Below are positions 1 to 13,240 of a stretch of DNA of 64,000 bases, in pieces. A program made the position numbers and the translations under genes. Below the pieces are notes generated by a model. The model made no database searches, was not told the origin of the DNA, and saw nothing but the letters and a program-made list of their open reading frames with translations. Position 1 is the stretch's first letter. Every line of letters starts with the position of its first letter. This DNA is from Camelus ferus (taxonomy: Eukaryota). The stretch spans positions 38,132,001 through 38,196,000 of the forward strand of contig NC_045696.1 in NCBI RefSeq assembly GCF_009834535.1, in the 5' to 3' direction.

Positions 1-3000
1 CTTTGGTCATTTACCTCAGTAAGTTTGCCTCCGTTAAGTTCCTCTAGAGTCTCTCAAGTTATACTAGAATTCCATCTACACAAGATTCTAGTTCTATTTT
101 CAGCATTATCATAACCACTACCATTCTTTGATGCATTTTCATCTTTGTTGGACAATCCCTTCTTTTGATTATAAAACTTTGTAAAATGTTACTTCAGTTT
201 ATCAGGGGAAACAGAGAGGCTATAGCTTTTCTCTCTGTGCATGAACTGCTTAACAAACACACAATGACCGATCACTTAGGGACCCTGAAGGAATTGAAAT
301 GATCGGTCTACTGATCATAATGTGCATCTATTATTTATATAAAAATTTGTGGACTGAAAAGGTAGCAGTAAAGTATATTCACAGTTAATATCCTGTAGTA
401 ACTGAAATTTGAACTGTGTTTTTAGGGAAAGCTAAGGTTAGTTAAATAACCTGAGGTGAATGAAATTTGTTCATATGGAAACCACAAAGTTAGGAATGTA
501 TGTATTTACTCCAATCAAAACTAGACTAGATATTAAATTTAGTTGGCAGTGAATGCTTCCTTCATTGATTGATCAGGTGGCTCAGCAGAATTAACAACAA
601 AATGATAACTTACACAGTATTTAGCTTTTTCCATAAGCCTTAACAGAAATCCTTAAACACACACTAGTATCCAAGCAAATATAGAATATACATAAAAAAA
701 GCATGCTTATCATGTAAAAACAGCTTCAGGACCAGTGCCCTAGTTGCCCAAACCATGTGGACATACATACTCTTATACAGAAATTCTGGAGTCACCTCTA
801 CTTCTTAGCCTCTATATTGGATGCTGCCATCAGCAAGAGAGCCCAGCAGAGACAAAATAATTTTATAGAACCAGCATTCAACTAGAACTTTGAGCTTATC
901 AGTTTCTTAATAAATATTAGCTAAACAGTTCTTTTGTCTCCTCTTCACAAAATTGTTGGTTTATAAGTTTGTCAGCTCACATCATTATCCATGAATATTG
1001 AACTTGGTGCATTATCTAATCCTATCATAGCATATTGCACTTTTGGTCCTATAGAGATTACATTCTTTCATCCAACTCAGAATCTTTTCTTACCTGTCTA
1101 ATCACCTCATGTTCTGCCACATGGGTTCTCTGTTCTAAAATACTAAAGAATCTCCCAAATTTTATGTGAATATTGCTTTTATATTGTATGCAACCACCGT
1201 TTTGTGTATTTCTTCTATCTATTCATTCTCTTTATGTAGAGAAAAAAATAAGTAACTTAAGAAAATGAAAACATGTATATATTTATATAAATTAATTATA
1301 AACATACAAATTATAAATATATAAACATAATAAATTTATATAAACATATAATTTTGTGTATATTCTGAGAATTTACAAAGAATTTACAAAGATTGAAAGT
1401 TCTTAGCAAAAAAAAAAAGTTTTAATGTTTTAATAGGAGGGAGATAGAAGACTGTTTTCCCCAAAACTATGGATTCTTCAATTTTTTTTCTATAGAAACA
1501 AGAAAAGTTTTTGTTTGTCTTTAGGCAGATACTACACCTTTGTGGTTAGGATCTATAGGAACAGTAAGCCCTAAAAAACGTATTCTCAGTAGTCATGAAC
1601 TAATGTTAAATTCTTTTATCTGACATTACCAGAGTTCAAAGATTGTTGTAAATGTCAGCAATCAAATCTACAAAGGATATCTCTGAGGATGGGATTAGGA
1701 AGCAAACACATCCTGAAGTCAGCTATTAACCTCAAATTATCTCTCTATACTCTAGCAAAACATTTAGGAGATTAGAATCAGGGAAAAGCCACACTAATTG
1801 ATACTTACTAATAAAGGTCAGCCACAAGTAGTAATTAGACCTCTATGAATACTCAGAAGGCCTGATCCTCTGCCTGTGCTGCAGTCTTCAACTAAAAGCT
1901 CTTAGGAGACATTGCCTCACTATGGATGAAGGGCACTCACAGGCTATTATAACATGAAAGTGTTGAAGATTAGCAAAGACAAGCATTAGGATATGGAGCT
2001 GGGAGAGAGGCAACTAGGACATAGGAAACAAGAATCAGCAGGCCCACCAGAGCACCACTTGAGCTAAGATCATAGTGAGGAGTTGTATCTCAGTGTCACA
2101 GTCAGATGCGAACAAATTTTAGAACCAAGTGATTTAACTGGAGTGAAAAATTATCAGTTGGTGTGCTGAGCCGTATAATCATGAGATAAATAAGCAAAAC
2201 ATCTTAACCAAAGCTTGGATATTAAGCAAGAAGACTGAGCTAGTGATCAAAGTCTGAGAACATGTATTTTTCCATGGTAGGTCTCTTCCAAAGACCTGGG
2301 ATTCATATTTTTTTACCTTCCTTTCTTTTCTCTCAAATTAGAAGCATGTTGCAAAATATAGCATATATAATAAAAGCATGCTATCATCACCAGCTGCTTT
2401 GGAAACACTCTGACTTTGGGTTATGTAATATTTGGTTTTTAAGGACAATGTCTCCACAAGTTCAGATGCTTTGAGGTGAACAAAATAATTGTGTTTCCTA
2501 CTTTTTCTGGCATTAGGAGTTAATAAGGCCTAAACAATTTATTCTATTTAGCCACAGTGAAATTTCTACTTCATTCAAATGATAAAGATCTTTATCTTTC
2601 CTTCACTCATCTACTCAAAGATAAATATTGATGACCTACAATGTAGCAAGAGCTTTATTTTCCTATTTATTAGGAAAACAAATACAAATAAGAAAGTGTT
2701 TTACCTTTAAGAGCTTAGATTCCAGGGAATCTTGAGATGGAGGGAGACGGCAGTAGAAGATTTCAGGATCAACTTTTGGCTGTATTAAGATATGAACTCA
2801 AGCACTTATTGTCTTTCCAGAAAGGTAACTGCAGTAGAAGTTGGTAAATATTCCTACCCTTATACAGGCAAAAACTTTTTGCAAATGATATCAATCAACA
2901 CAGAAGATCATTAGATATAGGACTATTAGAAGATAGTGTTTGGAATATTTGGATTGTACAAAGTTGTCTATGATATTGATCTTCACAATGGCAATAAATG

Positions 3001-6000
3001 GTGACAACATTGTGTAGTGTCAAGGGTGGCATCCATCATTGAATTTATATTTATTTTCATTTTGTACTTATTTAGCATCCATATATTTATGTAATTATAT
3101 TTATAGTTATATTTAGGTATATGTTTTTATCTGATTTATATTTCCTGTAGTCAACTTGTGCAGTGGATATAAATTTTCCAATGTCATATAGAGAGCGGTA
3201 ATTTTTTCAGTTTTAGTCTTTGGTACATTCCTAATGTTGCAAGAATGCTTAACAACATAACATGTGCACAAGTATTTGTTGACTGCTATGACATGTAACT
3301 GCAGGAGTAGAGCTCCATTATCATATTTTTATTACCCTCTACCTGACAATACTATATTGAGAGAAATGCATTTGAAGGGTAACATCAGAATTAATGGTGA
3401 TTTGATACCAATATTTTGTTAGCCCATGGAAAATTAAAATGTCTCTAAGTAGCCATGTGGGCTACAAGCATGAATGGAAATACACCATCATTTAGAGAGG
3501 TTAAAATTTTACAATGTCATTTTTGCTTGATAGTGAGGATTTCCCATTACTAAAGTGTTTTCTGCAATGAAGGATGTGCATAAGATTGACAGGCATTAAA
3601 CGGAACTGAAATACATACACAGAAGTTCTTCAAGCATCTTTCAGTCTTTTCATTAAATCAAAGATAATGTGAATGTGTTCTCATTATGCCTTTACACCTC
3701 ACTTATACTAATCTCCTTTAATGAAAGGCAAAGCAGGCTTTGTTATTAGAGCCTTTGTTAGGCAACAATATTTGGCTGGCATTTCAAAAACTTGATTGAA
3801 ATTTATCTTGCATAGTTATCTTCTATTATAGGAAGTGATAATGCTTTAAAAAAACAATGATATAAAAGTTTTTAAATGATTGAAATTTGGGAAATACCAA
3901 TTAAAGTCTAAGGATTGATTCATTATTTGTCATGAAGCATAATGGAGAGGTCAAGACTAAAGCTTGGCCTGACCTTAGCATCAAGGTCTTCCACATGACA
4001 GTGTATGAAGAAAATATAGAGATTATAAGGGCAATCTAGAAATTCTAAGAAGAATTTCTAATTCCCCTTCCTGGGTCTCTGCAGTTCATACTGCTTGCCC
4101 AAATAACAACCTTATTATCCTCACCTTTCTTAAGATTTCCTTATCTTGATTGCCTGCTCAGTCTGACCTGTAAATCTGTGGCTATTTTGATTGTCAACTA
4201 GTTTTCATCCTTCAGTTCTGACCCTGGGACAAATACATTCTAAACTTGCTCCTGAATTCTGGCTTTATCATAATTTTTCTATATCTTCATACTACCTTGG
4301 ATTAATTTTCTTCCAAGGCTAGTGCTGTTCCTTTGTTTCCAAACATACTCCTTTCTTCTGTCAAACAATAATCAGTATGGAGGCTATAAAGAATAAAGAA
4401 CTTTATTTGGGAATTTTCAATTCAGGAGACACAGATCTGAGTAAAACCAAGCATTCCAGGGAAGAGAATGAGTCAGGGGCTTATAAAGGCAAAAGCCACA
4501 TGTTTGTTCAAGAATTATGATTGACCCTTGATTCCATGCAAGAATGGAAATATTTGTCTTTAAATAATAGGGGGTGTCATGAGTTGTTTTAGGGTAAGGT
4601 ATGTCTATGAAGTTGCAACCCAAGGGTACAATTCTAACCTTTGTGTTATATTATTCTACTCAGAAATGGATCTACTCTGACACTAATGAGGTATAAATAA
4701 CATTGGTAAAGTCATCTTTCAAAGCCCCGTGCCTAATTATTTTTCATAATTTTGTGTTCTTTCTCTATAAGAGAGCTGGCCAAATTATATAAGCGTTGGG
4801 CCTCATAAAATGTGGCTGATGACATCTTCAATATAACAGTAAGAATGATGCGGGCATATTTGGAAAATAATGAAACATTTGTAAAGAAATGATGGATACA
4901 ATCATGGCTTGGACACTGAGGATTGAAACTATCTACTCTTTTACACAATTTAGTTCACTTTCTACCATAATATGATTGTATTATTCCGTTACCTTCATTA
5001 GCATAACTTTACTATTCCAGAAGACTCTTATCCAGGCTAATAAATTTATTTTTAATAGAGGAACTTCATGAAAGACCCATGGACTCTTCAATATAAAGCA
5101 TCAATAGTTTGTATCCTAAGACTCTTTGAACCCTTAACCCCAAAAGCCTTGCTTTGCTATTTCTACCAATCCTAGAGTGTTGTATCCTGATCCATTCCCA
5201 ATCTTAATCAATCTCTCTCATTGCCCACTTTGAAATGCCCACATTAAATCAAACTGAAACTACTCAGTAAAACTGAATCTTGCCCACCCAAGAGACATTT
5301 ACAAAGTTCTCTTGACCACTCACAAAGGTCTTCTCGTCTACCATAGTAAGAAATTTACTCAAATCTGTCTTATGAACAGATAGTGTTGGTGATATTTGGG
5401 GAGCCAGTTTATAACAACTGACAAGCCCTTTTATGTATCCATATACCTGCAAAGAATCATTTTAGCCATACACATGTCTGAATTATGACCACATGAATGT
5501 TTTAGAGGATATAATTTACTAATATATAAACAGATGAGTCCAACCTGGTAACATTCATGGTTACCTTCACTAATTTTATCACTATCCTTTGGAAGATAGA
5601 AATCAGAATTTTAACATTTAAACCCTGAATCTGAATTTTTCAACTCCTTTTGGAAATATGTGTGTGGATTTTTATAACATTTCGTTGTTTTCAATGGAAA
5701 ACAAATGAAACAGTGAATTTTGGGACTTTACTAAATGATTACACATAGGATTTCTTATTCTTTCATAAGATTTCAAGAAAGAGTCTTAAATCCTGAGTTA
5801 TAATTCCGGTGAAAGGAGAAACAGAAGGACAAGTAAAGAATGCTCTGGTCCCCATTTTCAATGTATTCAATCTAGTTCCTAAATATCGTGATTCCTACTC
5901 TTTATTTTCTCTATCAACTGCAACACTAGAGGAAAAAACAGAAGGGGCAATGACTGAAGTCTTCATAAAAGAGAGGAGACAGCATGACAACACTACAAAA

Positions 6001-6124
6001 CTGTCTGCTTGAAAATTTTCACTCTTCTTCATTGCCATAGAGACAAAACAGAAACACTTTACCCCTTTTCCCTTATGCAGCCACAATATCCTCTTTTTTC
6101 TTTTTCCATTCCTATCAATCTTAA

Positions 6125-6280
6125 TATTCTTTTGTTTTATTTGTTTGTTTGTTTTCTGGGGGGTGGTAATTAGGTTTATTTATTTATATTATAATTTTTT
6201 TAATGGAGGTACTGGAGATTGAACCCAGAACCTTGAGCATGCTAAGCACACAATCCACCACTGAGCTATATCCTCCCACC
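6125..6280 (-). mobile_element. tRNA-derived SINE (camelid Vic-1-like)
   Basis: Reverse strand reads GGGAGGATATAGCTCAGTGG (A box) ... CTTAGCATGCTCAAGGTTCTGGGTTCAATCTCCAGTACCTCC (B box), then an A-rich tail. A near-identical copy lies at 46664-46803. Confidence 0.8.
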
Positions 6281-6669
6281 TTGATTCCTTTAAACCAACT
6301 CATTTTTGATACAGTATGTACGGTAATGACATGATGGTGTAAGAAAGAGGATGAATGAAAATCAAAGACCCACAGTCTATAAATAGGGACCCTGAAATCC
6401 TCTGTGATGCCTATGATAGTAATAAGCTTGGTCATAGCTCATATTTGTGGTATTTACTTTCAAGATTGGACAGAGAGGTAGGAAGAAAATAAAGATAGAG
6501 CATAAGGATTAATTTGTTAGGAGAGAATGAAAGACGTGAATACCTCAGGTCAGGTCAAGAGGTATGTTCTTGAAGCAGCAGCTTCAGCTCCTTATGACTT
6601 TTCCTTTTGACTTTTCTTGAAAAAAGAATAGTAATGTTTGTTTAAACAAAGTTCTGATATGAAAAATTT

Positions 6670-6775
6670 CCAAAAAAACAGAACCAAAAAAACAAAAACA
6701 AAAACAAAAACAAAAACAGGCTTGCATAGCAGAAAAAAAAAAAAGAAGAAGAAGAAAGAAAGAAAAAGAAAAATC
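6670..6775. repeat. A-rich simple repeats (AAAAAC)n and (GAA)n/(GAAA)n
   Basis: Directly visible. Confidence 0.85.
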
Positions 6776-9339
6776 TGAGGTAAAAAATTATTCTACATTT
6801 TTTTTTTAAAGAACTGAGTAGGTATACATCAGGGGATTAAAGTGCCATGTAAGTATGCTAATATTTTAGTAAAAACAGTCAATGTGAAACACCAACTGTA
6901 TGTGACATAAGCAGAAAATATATTCTTCCAATATGTTAATATTTTTCTACAGTTTGAATTATTTTTACAATTGTTTCCACTGTCTATCCTAGTAGTGTGT
7001 TTTAGACTCTAAGTTCTAAGAGGTGAAAATCATTGATTTTGAGTTCTTTGAATACTGCAAGTCAGTTCAGTGTGCACTAGAATTTTGAAAACCTGTAACA
7101 AGAACATTAGCTAAGATACTCATTTTCAGTTAGCAATATTCATCCCACAATTGCTCCTGTAGAAGGCTGTGTCCTCCATGTATGCTTCACTCTGAGTTAG
7201 GCATTTGAAATGGCAAATTTACTTCTTTACCTCATATTACTGCTAAAATTAAGAGCTTTTTATTAGCATAATTAGCAAATCCCAACATAAGAGGAAAAAC
7301 TTTTTGAGCATGTGGGTTTCTTGTTGGAATGATCTGTAAGTCATATTTGAAATGCTTAAACTCTTTCCACATAAACAGAGAGCATCACTGCACGGCACTA
7401 TGACACTCTTTACATTATTAATGAAAAACTGGTTCACAGGTAACAAAAATAACAAAATAACTCTTTTCAAATGTCTCAGCAGAAGATAAAACTCATGAAA
7501 TAATTGTTTCCTAAGTACATTTTCCCTCGTAGTCGTTACTGATCTCCTAGAATCTCCTGTAGTGTCAATTTTTTCCCTCTTCTCAAAATTCGGGCAACAG
7601 ATGATTTTACCACTGCTCCCCGTCTTGCTTGCTAACATTTGGAGGAGGAAATATAACTCATTTTGAAAGTCATTTGGGTGGCAGCCTTCCTTTTTTCAAA
7701 AAAAAGTATGAGAATCACTAGGACGTGAGACTATGGATTTGGGTTTCAATTCACAATTAGAGAAGCATTAATTCCTTGATTCCACTATAGAGGCCAAATA
7801 TCAGATCATAGAAAGCTGTGCAGCAATGCTAAAAGAAGGAAGAATACTACACTTCCAGTCTCCAAAGACCAACACAAACGGAGACTGTATATTCACTGAT
7901 ACGCAGTTATTTGTTCTGAAACAAGGTCCTTTCCATTAAAAAATAAAAATTATTTTATTTGACAGATTTGGGATTGTTACTTTGCTTTTAGGAAATCTAT
8001 AAAAGGGGAAAACTTAGTACCCACGTCCTGGAGCCGAGGCAGTAAGTCAAATAAGATTACTTCTCCAGGGATCACATATGTTTTCATTAACATAAATCAA
8101 TATCTTTCTATCAAAGTCTCATTTGGAGAGGATCAACTGTAGGAGAACTCTTTTACTAAATGTCAAACAAGTCACTTAGGATGAAAATTTTACCCTGGAT
8201 TTTCTGTCAAACCTCAGTGCTATTCCAAGAAGGAAGAAACCCCAACATGCTGATTTATCCAGCCAGAGCCCACATGAAATTAGTTCACACATTGGGAAGG
8301 GGCCCAAGTTATAAGCCCACAACTGGTACAACAGAGCACCCTGGAAGGACTTCAACACCACCACCTTGGAGCAGATGAATGTTCCCTGAGGGACATGGCT
8401 CTGCCAGCAGTAGACTAGATAGATGTCAGCCTTTACTGCTTCCCTCAGCCACATGCCTTTGTGCTATTAACAAACTGCACAACCATATGTGACAGCCTTG
8501 GGCCCAACCAGCAGCTGTGTGCATCACCTGGGCTGATGGAATTGTTCTTCTAAGTATTTGATCTGGGCCCATAGTGCCACAGGATTGTGGAATACTTATC
8601 CTTATTAATTAGGTACAGAAGAAAGGTCTACATTCCTGATAGGCAAGCTTTAAATATCATGGCAAACTTTACTTATCTTATTCTCCTTATAAAGAATTTC
8701 ATTAATATAAATTTAGATGTAAATCATCACTACAATAATCACCTCTTACTACAAGTTTCTTTTTTGAATATTTACTTATGATTTAATATTGACTTATAAG
8801 ATAATTGAGTCCCACAATAGTATTATTAGTTATTAAGGCAAAAATCAATAGGGTCTACAACAATAGAAATATAATAAAATGGTAAATGATGTCAACCAGG
8901 TGTATACACTTATGAAATTACATTGATCTAAACTTCAATATAATAAACTATAATTTTTTCTTGTCTCAATATCCTGGTAAGTAATCCATTCACAATGTCA
9001 GACCTCATGAAGATAAACACCTGATGTGTGCCACAGACACAGAGGTATTTAGTATCAAGAAGACAATTCAAGACATATATTAAGTAGCATCGTTCAGAAC
9101 ACAATGTCAACTATCTTGGATTATTTCAGTAGCAAAATCCTCTTTTCTGATACATCAGAAATCAAAGGAACCTTTGTCACTTGAGTTCAGTCTCAGCATA
9201 TGTTTTGGAAAGATCAGATAGTTCTATAAATTTATTTAGTCATATGTTCCTTCTTTCCATTTTATGGCAGCCAGAGCATGACTAGGCACTTAAATAAAGC
9301 TCCCAGAAATTTAAATATTTAAGAAATAAAGCATAAGAC

Positions 9340-9626
9340 AAAATTGATAGTCAAAGAATGACTCCATATGGTGGCAGTGGCAGGAATCCAGCTGGAATGG
9401 AGTTAAGAGTTAAGCAATATTGACTGCTCAGCCAGTCATCTGAAACACACTGTACCTTGGCTATTTGTGCAAACTAGATTCTCAAATCCTTGTGGTATTC
9501 TGAACCTAATTCTCTTGCCTGTCTATTGATTCCTTGAGCTAGTCAATATCCCTTCAATACATTTATTTTTTGCTTAATTCAGTCAGAATTGGTTTCTATT
9601 GTTCTCAACTAAGAACTGAGTGATAT
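9340..9626 (+). mobile_element. MaLR (MLT1-type) LTR remnant, 3' part
   Basis: Ends ...TTTTTTGCTTAATTCAGTCAGAATTGGTTTCTATTGTTCTCAACTAAGAACTGAGTGATATA, resembling the MLT1 terminus. Confidence 0.5.
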
Positions 9627-9799
9627 AAGTATATAGAAAGAAATGTGAGTGTATATAGTGAAAGACTTTTATTCCCTAGGACATTTTTATTCACAGTGCT
9701 GCTCTAATAACTATATAGCTTTATAAAAATGTCTTGAATAGTCATAATAAAATTTTCAGCTTGGGAAAATTTGTTAATAGTCAATATTTGCTAAATCCT

Positions 9800-11372
9800 A
9801 AGAGATTTCTCCAAGGTTCTGCCTCTTCAATCTTAGGATCCTACCAACATGTCTATTCTGAATTTACTGATAGATGGCTGCTCCCAAGTATGGCATATTT
9901 TAAATTATAACATGTTCCAGTGTATTATTCTGTATACTTTTACTCAAAAATTATTTTTGACTTTCATGAAGGTAATATAATTTATACAAGTCTGATTGGG
10001 GCAAATAATCCATTTTCCAACCAACCACTCATCCATATATTGATCTGGAGTAACTAGCCTTCCCCATAGATCTGGATTGAATAATATTCTATCTTACTTA
10101 AGAGATTTAATCCCAAATCCTAAGCATTTACTGCAGAACCCATGTCTTTTCTTCTACTCTTCTTGGAATGGGGCAGAGCCTTAGTCTCAAATTCTAACTA
10201 TCAAGAATACAGCACCACAAAGTGGTTATTAGTTCAAAGTATATACTACATCTTGAAAACATACACCCGAAATTCATAGGGTGTCATGGCCTCCTTGGCA
10301 TCCTAGCTGCATGTTTAGAAGTATCATTCTAACTTTTAATACAGCTTTCAGATTCTGGATGATGATGATGGGGCACATTGTTTGATTATTTGATCCTACT
10401 TTTATGTGTTCTTTGCCATATAATGGTTTCCTTGTTTTGAAGTTACATAGGATCTCATTAGGTAAATTAGACATTTTTATGAACTCTCAGATAATGGTCC
10501 TGGCTATGGAAGCAGGCAGGAAAAGGAAACCCACATCAGAAATACATATTAGTTACAGTAAGGATGAAATTCTGCCTCCTTTGAGTATAAGGGGTGTACA
10601 GTAGCTTACCATCATATGGCTCATTGATCTCCTTAAAAGTTCGTACCACAGCAAGGAATCCACCTCCGTCTTTGCTGCTTACAATCTAAACATTCCTCCC
10701 TGGCAATAGCTACATCATCCTTGGTGAGAGGGATCCCACGTAATTGGACCTATCTATAGCCTTTATCTCTGCCACCATGGCATGGGATTTTTCACAAGTA
10801 TCAGGCGGCCAAGGAGAGAAACTGGCTGACATGATGTATGACGGATAAGTTATCCTACTTGTCAGTTTGTTCAATTCTTTTCCTTCAGTTGGTGTTTGCT
10901 GTTGGCCATTGACTGAACACAGAAGTATTTACACTTTTATACTTTCTACTATAGTTTCAATCATACACTTCCTCTCAATACCTTCTTTCTTTGAGCTTCT
11001 AATCATATTCATTCTAGGTCCCCTCCCACCCAGTCAAGCCAATCATTACTGCTCCAAAATTTGAAAACCCTTATCACCAACCATTTCTTCCTTTTTCTGC
11101 AAAATTAATGGCCAGATACACTGATCAAAGATCTGCCAGGTGGAAGGATTCCCTCTCACTAATATACTTTAGTACTGACTCCAACAGAAGCTATACTGCA
11201 GTGAAAATCCATTTCCATATTTCAGCCAACTTAAGCATAACCCAATCTGAGTTTGCTTGCCTGTTTGTTTTCTCCTGTATCATGTGGTCATAGGAAAGAT
11301 CCTACAGTGCCTATAGTGTAAATTAAAGACACATTTGTGCAATGGATGTGTGTGACACTGGGTCTAGGCTGT
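9800..11372 (-). mobile_element. ERVL internal region: RNase H and integrase remnants
   Basis: Minus-strand translations: SERESFHLADL*SVYLA (11160-11110; ERVL-type GEGKSSQWAELRAVHL), NVPHHHHPE (~10380-10350) and FQDVVYTLN**PLCGAVF (~10258-10205; ERVL-type LQDAVYALNQRPIYG). Confidence 0.75.
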
Positions 11373-11464
11373 TGTTAACAGCAAAGCCCATTTAACAATT
11401 CTGGGAAATAAAAGTAGAATGTGGGGAATAAAATAAAGTCTAACCTTTTTTTCCCCCTCATTGG

Positions 11465-12730
11465 GCTTCATCAGTCTGTCTCTAAACTACAAAACCATTG
11501 TATAACTGGCCTGCTATGCCAGAGACAAAAGAAATGAGATGAAATTCCCTATACCCAATATTTTATGAACTTACATCAGAACAAAGGCCTTCAAAAGGGA
11601 TATGGGGTCTCCTCCACTGAGGTAATACCAGTCCCTGATTCTCCCCCTGAGGACCATCTTATTCTCCTCCCTAACCCTCTTCCTACTGCTCCCTCCCTAA
11701 CCTCTTCCTTCTTAGATCCTGACTTGAGCCATAGGCCAGACAGGCCTCCTCCATTACCCTGTCCAGCAAGTACACAAAGCAGGACTAATTATCTGTGAGA
11801 GTCCAACAACCCACCAGGAACAGTACTCCCTTTGAAGCAGGTCCCCAGTGGAGAAGGAGGGCTCGCCCAGGTACCCACCCCATTTACCACTCCCAATCTG
11901 TATAATTGGAGAAGTCATAGTAAGGGATTGAGGAAAGATCCAGAGGGATTCCTAAATCTGACTAGGAGAATCTTTCAGACCCATGAACCTACCTGGGGAG
12001 ACATTCAGAGCCTCCTTCAATGTACTCCTAACAGGGGAAGAAAAGGCCATGATCTTTCAAAAGCCAGAGTGGAAACAGACAAAGAGAACAGAAACAATGC
12101 AGGCCATGTTATTTTCACACCAGGGAATCAAGCATGCCTGGAAAATGAACCCAACTGGGACCACCAAGACACTGTGTGGAAGACAGAGGCTAACCCATCA
12201 TAAAAATATGATCCTAAAGCGAATCCAGGCAGCAGGAAAGAAACATGCCATGGGAATAAGATAAAGGAAATCAACCTGGAGCTGGCAGAAAACACTTTGG
12301 CATTTCTAGAGCACATCAGGGAATCCTTCTGAATCTATATACTACAACTGACCTTGAGTCATTGGAAGGAACACACTCATGAGGTCCTATTTCATTTCTC
12401 AAAGTGCCCTAGACATTAGGAATAAACTTCAGAAACTGAAGTAGAACCAGATACCCCTACCTCTCACCTGGTGGAGGTTACTTACTGGGTGTTTAATAAC
12501 TGAGAGGAGGAGAAGTCAGAGGATTAAAAAGGTCCAGAGGCAAGCTCACCTGCCGCCCTCCAGTGTCGACTAGTCAGCACAGGAATCTGGACTAACTTCC
12601 CACAGAGATTCTCAATTACAGTGAGCGATCCCCTGGCCCCACCAAGGGATAGCAAGCCAAGGAGACTAGGACTGAATCAGTACAGCATATGTTAACAACA
12701 GAGACGCTGGAACAGAGAATGCCCTCGCAG
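11465..12730 (+). pseudogene. gag: Defective ERV1 gag (MA end, Pro-rich region, CA p30, degenerate CCHC knuckle)
   Basis: SLNYKTIV*L and DEIPYTQYFM (MA); PFTTPNLYNW...THEPTWGDIQSLL (Gag p30, ORF 11832-12203); FISQSALDIRNKLQKL (~12390-12440); NQ.AY.*QQRRWNRECP (~12675-12725). Contains frameshifts and stops. Confidence 0.85.
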
Positions 12731-12754
12731 CCACCAAAGGGAATGGAATAGCAG

Positions 12755-13025
12755 ATCCTGGCCTCTACCTCCACTTCTGCTGAAAAGATGGAGCTGTTAG
12801 CCCTCACCTGAGCCTTAGAGATTGGGACAGGAAAAATCTTAAATGTCTACATAGATTCCCAGTATGCAATGCCATCTTACATGTACATGGGGCTATTTAG
12901 AAGGAAAGCTGTATGCTTTGGAGAATAAACAGGTGAAACGTGGCTTTGGCATATTGAAGCTCTTAGAAGCAGTACAGCTTCCAAAAAAGGTGGCACTGAT
13001 TCATTGTAGAGGTCACCAAAAAAGG
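12755..13025 (+). pseudogene. pol: ERV1 pol fragment, RNase H domain only
   Basis: SAEKMELLALT*AL ... LNVYIDSQYA ... LLEAVQLPKKVALIHCRGHQK match gammaretroviral RNase H motifs (SAQRAELIALT, YTDSRYA, IHCPGHQK). Confidence 0.85.
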
Positions 13026-13240
13026 AATGCAGCACGTCTCTAAAAGGTTAGAGAAATGTTGGTCACTCAGTAATGGAGTCCAGGCTTTGTGACAAACATA
13101 TGGAAAGGTAGCTGAGGAGAAGTTCTCCTCCTCCACCTGGGTTATGACAACGCCCCAATCAGCAGGAAGAAGTAGTTACAGAAGGCAAACTTTGGCCCCT
13201 CAGCATCCCTCGGGAATGAGAAGCAGGACAGAGGAGAAAT

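Noticed and set aside
6205..6280. tRNA gene
   Set aside because: A and B boxes are present but the cloverleaf is degenerate and there is an A-rich tail and a second dispersed copy, so it is a SINE.
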